DNA of 64,000 nt. Origin: Oopsacas minuta (Eukaryota; Animalia; Porifera). Positions 53,425-61,957 of the stretch are shown piece by piece. The stretch's first letter is position 1, and every line of letters starts with the position of its first letter. The notes under the pieces are model-generated. The model did not search any database. It saw nothing but the letters and a program-made list of their open reading frames with translations, and was not told where the DNA came from. The stretch is taken from positions 372,001 through 436,000 of the forward strand of contig JAKMXF010000177.1 of assembly GCA_024704765.1 (NCBI GenBank), given 5' to 3'. The position numbers and the translations under genes are program-made.

Positions 53425-56399
53425 CACAGTGGGCATTTTTGGGGGGTGAAATGGAAATAGGAAAACCATGCAAGATAGAGATATATAATGCATTATTAGC
53501 CAATAGGAAATTACCCCTGAGAAAACGATTTCTTCATAAAAAAAAATCTAGGTCATCTCATTAAAAAGTTATGACGTCATTGACACCTTTCATATTATCA
53601 TAAATTATAGTTTTTGAGCTTAAAATTCAGTTACTAGAGGCGATAGAAAGCTTATTTTGGATCATAGACACACATTTAACATACCCACATTTTAATAGTA
53701 TCTTATGCTTCCATCTATTTCAATCATTATTTATTAGCAAGTTAATTGTGAGAAAAGAATTTCTTGGTCTGGAGGTTCAGAAGAGTGTTTTCTTGCTTGC
53801 TTTAGTAAATTTTCTATACACATTGAGGACAGGATCACTATTACACATCAGTCGTATAAAGATATCTCGAGTATTCAGAGAAAACGACATTTTTCGGGCA
53901 AGGTGTTCGCGATACCTTCGAACGAGTTTGTTTGAAACTTCAACTGCTTCTTCAGAGAAGACTTTAAGTCCATGGCTATTGTTACAAGTTCTAATGAGTT
54001 CTGAAGAATGGGCTAGCAATTTATGCAAGGTTGGACTGATGTTTGCCCAAGGGAACCTGATTACAATGTATTCGTATGTGTCCTTGCAAAGAATATCCAG
54101 TCTTTCAGTGTTTATCTCTCGGTCGCTGTTGTAAATACGCAAACATACTGAAAGGTTAGTGTGGATGACCTTTATATTTTCATGGTATTCTGTTGGTATC
54201 AAGGAACAAACCCAGTAAAGAAATTGGTTTTTGTCCAAGAAACAATTTCGAGCAACATTGCCAGTTGATGTAGTGCCACCATCACTGCTGGGTTGATCAA
54301 TCTTCATACCAGTCTTTTCCATCAATAAGCCTTAAACAAACTTCATTGAGTTTTTTATGCCTAAGGATGATGGTGACCACTTCCTTACACCTGATTGCAG
54401 ATGATAAACGAGGGTCATAACCATCTGAAGATGCACAAATATGAATGTAATGGAGAAGAGCAAATTATATCGATGTCGGAAATAGGTTGGTGAGTCAATC
54501 CAAGATGGTCATTGGAACTTAGAGATAGAAATTCTACTTCATTCACACTTTGAAACAGTTCTTTAGCCGATGTTATTGAACGATTAATAGGAAAACCATC
54601 TCGTATAAGTTCGACATCATGCAGTTGTTTGAAAGTCGCAGTACAGAGTTGGCAGTGAGCACCACCGGCTCCAGATAGAATTCCTGCCATTTTTCCATCG
54701 AACATGGTCCTGAGCAGTTTTATCCTCACAAGTCCTTGCGAGAGTGGTATCCCATTTTCTTCCATGTCTGCTACGTAAGGATTGATATAAGTATCCATTA
54801 GATGACGTACATTTTCGCTATTTTCTTTGGCAGCTAGTAAAGTGACTGGGCGAATCTGAAATTGTGAGTTGGGCCTTTCGTTTTCCCAAATAAGTTTGTT
54901 TGCCCTGTCGTGAATAGCGAGAGGTTTGAAAGCAAAGAGAATGAAATTTTTGGAACCAATATCTGGTGACTCTTGAATCTGATTATAAACTTGATGGGAT
55001 CCAGATCCATCCAAACCATCTGTTGCAGAAAATGTCAACGGGAATTCAAATTCAGAATCTGTGGGAAGTGATTCGAGTAGGCGGGAAATTGTCTGTTTGA
55101 TGATAGAGATGTAAGATATCCCTACTCCCATAGGTGCATCAGACACATTGCGGATAAAAATGAATTCCTTCTCCAGAGTAATATCTGCTCGATACTGGGA
55201 AATTAGCTCATACTTAGGGAATAGTACATTGCCTGACTTACAAAGTCTCCTCAATTCAATGTACTTTCGCTTACCTATTTCCAGTTGCCCTAGGAGGAAC
55301 GTAGACTTAGCGATTGAGATGTGTGTCTTTATATTGCCTTGAAATGTGCCTTTGCTGACTATTTCCAGACAGAAGGAACTGGTGGAGTAATCTCCTGAAG
55401 AAGATGAGACAAATTGCAGAGCCATGGCTGCCATCGTTTTGCTATCCACGTTCTCACTAGCTGCTAAGCTTTTAATCAGGGCTAAAAGAGGTTCCAGACG
55501 TACCCTTTGTCCTTTAATCGTTAATTCTAGGAGTGGTTTCCTGATAGCCTTTGCATGAACATGATTAGGAGTACAAATATCACCTTCAGACGATAACCGC
55601 CTCTTCTCTGCCAATGTTGAATTGTCAAAGAATATCATATCATCCCATGTATTTAGGTCGTTTCTTTTACGAAATATCTCTCTATCACCCTTCAACTCAA
55701 CGAATTTGTATCGGATACAACTATAATATTTATCATCAAGTTGCTGACTATCCATAAATACGATTGTTGCATCTCTGACAGATTTACGTGAGGATAGAAA
55801 GCCAAAAGCTTCCTTGTTATTCATAATGCTAATATTTCATAGGGAAATTTTACATTAAAGTTACACCCATTCAAATGAATGTTTGATACTTTGGGCGCCC
55901 TCCGGCGGGCCTAAACTATTATATTTTTTGAATGTATTATTATAACCTACATTTTAAGACCAGTGAGAGTTCACGCAACGAAACGCCACAACAAGTTTCA
56001 GCATAAAATATCCTGTGGACGCCGAAAAAAATGTCCTAAATAGTCATCGCGTTTTATCTAGTTTTAGAATAGAAAGTTAGAAACCAAACGACATTTCAAG
56101 ATGTAAATTAGATACTTGAAATATAAATGTTTCATTATTGTAAAGGAATTCTTTCTTCTTAGTTACAAGTGCTAAAAATATAACTATGAAACTTGATCGA
56201 TTTTGATATACCACACAACAGAAATTCCAATTACAAGAAGCCGCAAATATTCATCACCATAACAACCAATTTACTTGTTGAATCAGAATGAAATTACTAA
56301 TTTCTAGGTTTGAAACGATTGTGAATTCAATGATAAAAAGGAAATACAATTCTGAGGGGGTAAAAATTTCATGCTATTTCCAGCAAAAAGCCCACTGTG
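53425..56399 (-). mobile_element. Transib/RAG1-like DDE transposon, element 2
   Basis: Ends CACAGTGGGC on both sides; 5-bp TSD TAGTC at 53420-53424 and 56400-56404; 2,975 bp. Confidence 0.95.
53777..55824 (-). pseudogene. Transib/RAG1-core-like transposase (~680 aa), one frameshift and one premature stop
   Basis: GLDGSGSH (D), TMFDGK (D), CQLC, PLHSYL, TSTGNVARNCF, TLHKLLAH and SEEAVEVSNKLVRR (E). Frameshift near 54420 and in-frame TAA near 54330 link ORFs 54415-55824 and 53777-54325. Confidence 0.92.
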
Positions 56400-56914
56400 T
56401 AGTCTTAGAGAAAGGAAAATGCCCTTAGAATTTTGATTTGCGCTATATTTCGCGAGTTTAAAGGAAAACTGACAAAAGTCAAGAAGGTATTAATTCTCAC
56501 TCTGAAAATGCAAAATTGTTATATGTAAAAATTTGATGATCATGACAAGTTCACCCAAATATGAACAAATTACGAAATTACAGAGTAGGTCAAAGGAACT
56601 CAAACCTAGATTTAGTCTAAGGTTTTGGCCAGTCATGACGTATTAGACAAGACTTTTGATTCGGGGTTTCCACCACATAGACAAAACTCACTAATCCAAT
56701 TATTATCCCTTCAGTTTTGCTGAGCTAGAAAAACAGTTACAGATATTGCTAAGTCATAAAATGTAGCATACCTTAATATGGATATATCTATGCAATTAAT
56801 CGGTAGCTGTATGTATTTAGATATATAATTGTAAGTTCGGAATTGATGGTTCAAAATTCGAAATCACTCAATTACAAAAGTATAATCGTTGAAACCAAGT
56901 TTCTGAGACAATTT

Positions 56915-57070
56915 AGAAATTTGTTTACCTTATATTCATAAAAACAACAGTACATTTACATATGAATAATTCAAAAGTGTGATAATCGGATTCAGCATAT
57001 TCGATATATTTGGTCAAGTATTATTTAGTTCTGTTTACTTTCTTGATAAACATGATAAATACCATAGATG
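56915..57070 (-). repeat. Internal fragment of the Helitron-like family
   Basis: Matches 36970-37120 (TTTGTTTAC.TTATATTCATAAAAACAACA ... AAAAGTGTGA.ATCG). Confidence 0.7.
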
Positions 57071-57104
57071 TTGATGACCTCAAACGTGTTCATCAAATCA
57101 CACA

Positions 57105-58385
57105 TGCCCGCTATATTCCTCCCTCTTCGTAGAATATCTAGTGTGGTTAATTGTCACAAATGATAATCATTTAAGTATTTTGGTAAACGTCTTTCTCGTT
57201 GAGGTCGTAAACTTAGATAGTGGTGTAAATCCTTCCGCTTTCCTAAGCGTCGAACTTGTAAACTAGAATCCAAATTTTTGGATAACTGTAACTGTGGATC
57301 AAAAGCAATTTAGATCCACTGTTGATTGAAATATCATATTTGTTGGAACTGTTTGGCAAAATATTGGCGTTACGACTGAATGAATAGTTTCACTTCTCAT
57401 TCACCTCCCACCTAACTCGGGGTTGTAGACGATTGACATGAACAATACCGATTCTACTATCCTTATTTTCAATTCGAACATCTACCAGTTCTCCAATTGT
57501 ATCGACACTCCCACCTGAGGTATAGAAAGTCATACACTGTCCCTGACTGTGAATCCTAGCGAATCTTTAGATTGGAATTCACATCATAGTTCTCTTTCGT
57601 CGACGTTGCGCTTGTCTCAATTGCCCTTCGACAAATGCACGAATATAGATTAGTTTCCTTCGTAAGAACGACGTTGGATTGTTTTCTACTGGGGTTATAA
57701 ATTGCGTTGTGCTGGGGGGATCTCGTCCATACATTAATTGAAATGGGGAAATTCCTGACTTACTTTAATGCTTTGAAGTGCAGCATGAAAATATTCTCCC
57801 AGTATTCATTTATTTCAACATAACAACGAAGAATTTGAAAAACAGTCCTGTTACTCCTTTCTACAAGAGAGTTCCGCTCCACACCTTGGTGACCAGCGTC
57901 ATCATGTACTTGACAAAGTCAATCTTGCTTCACTGTATCTGGGGCAATAAAGACACTCCGAAGATTGGAGAATGGCTCCATTTACTAATTGTAACTGAGA
58001 TTGCATTTGCGTAAAACCCTTTAGAACTGATTAATTCAACTTGATACCAGAGAATCAGAGAGGAGCGCACAATACAAAACTTAAGACAGGATCATCACGC
58101 TGTTGCTGTCTAATCATCTCCATTGTTGGAAACCTTGTGAGTTCCGTAAGTGAGTGGTCGTTATTTTCTGCTCCAGTTGGCTGATTAAATGAACGAAATA
58201 GTGCGTCTGCATTATCATTGTCTATTCCTTGTTGATAACGTATTACAAATTCATACTCCAGTAATATACCAGCCCATCGCATAATTTTCCGACACTTTAG
58301 TGTTTTGCCAACCACTCTAATGGCCTGTGATCAGTGAGTATTTCGATTGGCGCTCAATAAATGTCTAAAGCTGGCCCAGCAGGAA
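57105..58385 (-). mobile_element. Ty3/gypsy LTR-retrotransposon pol remnant (RNase H-integrase), internally deleted
   Basis: TDHRPLEWL, RWAGILLEYEFVIRYQQGIDNDNADAL, VHDDAGHQGVER fused directly to LVERSNRT, and SGISPFQLMYGR. Polypurine tract AAGAGGGGAGGAA near 57116-57128. Confidence 0.85.
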
Positions 58386-58396
58386 GTTCTGTACAA

Positions 58397-59090
58397 TCTA
58401 TATTATTAAATTTCAATGATTGTTTGTCTGTTTGTTCGTCCGTTGTCAAGGAAAGGATTTGCGGTATGCAATTTTGAAATTGTCGCATAACTATGTATTT
58501 ATTGTGTTTATCAAGGAAGTAAATAGAATTCAATAAAACTTCACTAAAATATATCGAACATGCTGAATCCGATATTTACACTTTTGGATTAATCATATGT
58601 AAATTTAATGTTGTTTTTATGAATAGAAAGTAAACTAATTATCCAAATCTCAAAATACACGTCAGCCTTTGCTCTAAACGGCTACCCAGGGGTAACACAG
58701 CACGCTGAACCAGAATTTCAAGTTCCTCATATGTAAATTTATTGTTGTTTTATGAATATAAAGTAAACAAATTTCAATAGTGAGGTCGAATCATACTTTA
58801 ACGAGTATACTGGGGTAATAGAGTATGCTGAGTCCAAATATGGTATTATAAACAACATATTGTAAATATTTGTTTACCTTTAGGTACATACAGTAAACAA
58901 ATATCAATATTGTTGTAGAATCATACTTTCAACGTACTATACTGGTATACCCGAGTATGCTGAGTCTGAATATTGCAAGCAGCATCGATATTAATAAATC
59001 TCAATTGTTGTTTGGCTGTTTGTTTGTCAGTTGGATACCTCGAGGCGCAATGCCCTGAGTTTATCGCGAAGCGACAAGCCAAATGTACGT
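58397..59090 (+). mobile_element. Non-autonomous Helitron-like element(s), same family as 36656-37221
   Basis: A|TCTATATTATTAAATTTCAATG start, shared internal repeats, and shared GGATACCT.GAGGCGCAATG...GCGAAGCGAC 3' hairpin. The CTAG end is degenerate; a second 5'-like motif occurs near 58985. Confidence 0.7.
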
Positions 59091-59264
59091 ACTTGAAAAA
59101 ATGGATTTATTTAGGCTCAAATACAAATATATATGAAATTGATCCCATGTCTGTCATTTTATTATGATCGCCATTATACTTAGGGAAATATTCATCCCTA
59201 CCTCCTCGCTTCAGGAATATTATATTATTTAATCAAAACAAAATATACAATATAACAATAAAAT

Positions 59265-60284
59265 TCAAATTGAATATATATCTGGAATCACATCACTTCT
59301 CTCTTCCCAAGTCCCATCCGACCTTATTATCTGTAACTGTACAATCTGTCCGGGAAAGAGCTGAGCAGTTGGCCTACTGGTGTCTTCAAACTGATAGAAA
59401 CGATGTCTGTCGAAGTAAATAAACACTCTTGTCTCTACATTTGATTCAATTCCGAAACAAAATTTTATTTTATCAACTAGCACTCTTACTGGCTCGTCTT
59501 TCGTAATACAAACATTCCTATAAAGATTAGAAGCACCTCCATAAACACAGGATTTTATGGTTATGGGGTATAGGTCTAGTTCAGAGCCTTTTACATATAC
59601 TGCGATGCTGTTTGCTAAGAGTCCGAACCAAGAGAGAAGATGTATAAATTCGTTATCTCTCAAACATTTCACGGTAAAATGTGGAATTAAAGACCTTGTC
59701 AGCCTCCAATTGTCCCTAAGGTCTCTGTTATCAATGGGAGTAGGATTCCTCTTAACATTTTTTGAGTCTACCCAGGTCTCCCAATTGGAGTACCAGTCAG
59801 AATTGATCAAGTAGCAGCTGTCTGAGGTCAAAGAGGTGCTGAGAGGGTCTATAAGCGACCGCTGAGTCCGTTTGTTCGGCGGTGTCATCTTGACATAATA
59901 ACACAATTTCGTGTCAAACGTGTCATTAACAATGACAGGCTGAGTCAGTCTGTCAGGAGATGTTGGTATCAAAGCTAGTAATGCGTCCCAGAGGAATTCC
60001 CCAATAGAGATCAAATGAGGATTGTTACTAGAGTCACCTTTCCGTCCTCTTCTCCAGCCCCCAGCAGCGCCAGAGAGCTCTGAAAACTCAAGCGAGTACA
60101 TCCTCAACTCTCTATCACGCTCTCTACACATTTCGCCTAGCATTTCGGTCATGAGATATATTTCTCTCTCTGACAGGTGATATTGAGATAAAGCCTCAGT
60201 CATCAATATTTCTTCTACCCTTTTGGAAACAGAGTCTAGATCTGAGCTCAGAAGAGGAGGAACCAAATGTGGTAACGTTTCCAT
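59265..60284 (-). CDS. DUSP-UBL domain protein (USP4/11/15 N-terminus-like) lacking a catalytic USP domain
   Basis: CYLINSDWYSNWETWV..PTPIDNRDL (DUSP), LDLYPITIK, ETRVF and GQIVQLQIIRSDGTW (UBL), then stop. First ATG at 60284; the track start at 60362 is TTG. Confidence 0.75.
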   Translation of the reverse strand: METLPHLVPPLLSSDLDSVSKRVEEILMTEALSQYHLSEREIYLMTEMLGEMCRERDRELRMYSLEFSELSGAAGGWRRGRKGDSSNNPHLISIGEFLWDALLALIPTSPDRLTQPVIVNDTFDTKLCYYVKMTPPNKRTQRSLIDPLSTSLTSDSCYLINSDWYSNWETWVDSKNVKRNPTPIDNRDLRDNWRLTRSLIPHFTVKCLRDNEFIHLLSWFGLLANSIAVYVKGSELDLYPITIKSCVYGGASNLYRNVCITKDEPVRVLVDKIKFCFGIESNVETRVFIYFDRHRFYQFEDTSRPTAQLFPGQIVQLQIIRSDGTWEERSDVIPDIYSI

Positions 60285-60414
60285 AAAATAACTGATTGAT
60301 AAAGAAATTTTTGTAATCGTATCAGTATGTTTTAGCTTCTGATAACAGGCCTGGGAATTCAATGAATTCTATTGCGAAATTATAAACGTGAATAGGAAAG
60401 CGAACACATATATG

Positions 60415-60496
60415 TATATATATATACACATATACGTACCCCCTACAGTAAGAAAGTCATTACTGTAGGGGGGTACGTATATATGTATATATATAT
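60415..60496. other. Near-perfect hairpin (~40-bp stem, 8-nt loop) between two genes
   Basis: ATATACGTACCCCCTACAGTAA-GAAAGTCA-TTACTGTAGGGGGGTACGTATAT, extended by (TA)n arms. Confidence 0.85.
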
Positions 60497-60618
60497 TCAT
60501 GATTTGGGAATGATAGAAAACGCAACAACAGAGAGAACACAAAACCTGTAGCATTGAAATTTCTAGATACATGTAGGCTATGATTGAATTAAAATTTCAA
60601 ATATAGGTCTCTAATGAG

Positions 60619-61767
60619 CTATACAAATCTACAGACCGCCTTAATAGATATATGATCAGATGACATAACACTATTCGGGAGTGATGTCTCAGAACTAACT
60701 TCCTCTTTACTAGGTACAGAAAGCACGCTCACAGCCATTAGAGCTGAGCTATAGAATATATAGTCCATACACCCATGTGAGTCTGCATAAAATGTGAACT
60801 TTGGTTCCTCACCAAGTACAGCAGCATACGCACTGTGCATAGGTTCTGGAATGTTATAAAAGTTCTCAAACACTTTGTATAAAGGTAGAATCACTTTAGA
60901 TACATCACCACTCGAATTAAGACACTCTGTCCCGTGAATAATATTTGGTATACTGAGCTTCTTTTTTGAACTCATGAAAAGTTCTCGTTGAGGTTGAGTA
61001 AGTTTACCTGTTGTAACATACTGGTATAACTCATATTGAGGATTCCTGTTGAAGTCGCCGCATAGAACATATGCATTAGATTCATGCGTAGCCGCTATTT
61101 CTGCTAACCTTTTCAGAATTAAACTGACCTGAAGAGTCTGTTCATCCCAGTACACCTTAGTCCAGGGTAAATGAGTGGTGCCTACCACTACTATAGCATT
61201 ATTGATACGTAACACCAGTACTAGAGCTAGTGTGTCTCTATAACACTCAGTAGGTAATACACTGTCTGAACCGTACATTCCTAACCACACTTCTTGTAAC
61301 AATGCATTAAGCTCTAAAGGTATTATTTCTATCAGCTCAGCTCTGTCCTTCCTATAGAAAATAGCAAGTCCGTCCTTTCCAGGGGAGGCACCAACAGACT
61401 TACCTGGTCTAGGTTTAAACACACTCAAGTAACCCAATGTATTCATTGCTGGCTGTAGCAGAGAAGAGAAGTATTTCTGAGTTACTTCTTGAAAGCAAAT
61501 GATGGTGCCAGCTCCGATAATATGAAGCTCTTTCATTAAGTTTTGATGTCTGAACTCCTGAGAGATAGACTTGGTATAAGGATATCTGGATTTGAATGCA
61601 TAGCATTGAGCCAGAAGGTTGTAAGAAATTATACTGAAATCAGTGTCATGCTGATCAGATAGAGAAATAGACTTCCTTTGTGGATATACACTGAGTATAG
61701 AATCTTCTAGAAATTCAGGAGAACAGGTTCTGACATGACATACTATATCATTATCTGCTGTAGCCAT
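60619..61767 (-). CDS. CCR4/Angel/nocturnin-family EEP nuclease-phosphatase
   Basis: SYNLLA, CFQEV, DGLAIFYRK, TTHL, LCGDFN, MDYIFYS and SSDH motifs. Start is ATG 61767 or 61812; the track start is TTG. Confidence 0.9.
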   Translation of the reverse strand: MATADNDIVCHVRTCSPEFLEDSILSVYPQRKSISLSDQHDTDFSIISYNLLAQCYAFKSRYPYTKSISQEFRHQNLMKELHIIGAGTIICFQEVTQKYFSSLLQPAMNTLGYLSVFKPRPGKSVGASPGKDGLAIFYRKDRAELIEIIPLELNALLQEVWLGMYGSDSVLPTECYRDTLALVLVLRINNAIVVVGTTHLPWTKVYWDEQTLQVSLILKRLAEIAATHESNAYVLCGDFNRNPQYELYQYVTTGKLTQPQRELFMSSKKKLSIPNIIHGTECLNSSGDVSKVILPLYKVFENFYNIPEPMHSAYAAVLGEEPKFTFYADSHGCMDYIFYSSALMAVSVLSVPSKEEVSSETSLPNSVMSSDHISIKAVCRFV

Positions 61768-61957
61768 TAGTATGAGTATAGCATCTAACAAACTAATCAT
61801 ATACAAGTACATTGAAATTGTCTTGTTAATTTTAACAGCATACAAGAAATTGAGAATATATTGTATAGCCTATAGAACCCGTCTAGATAGAACAAATAAT
61901 ATAAATATAGAGGATAACGTCAATATATACAAATATAATTTAATAGAATTACACTAG

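Noticed and set aside
53459-53467. AGGAAAACC resembling the canonical nonamer ACAAAAACC
   Set aside because: It is present at only one end, at a 27-bp spacing, with two mismatches; it is likely chance.
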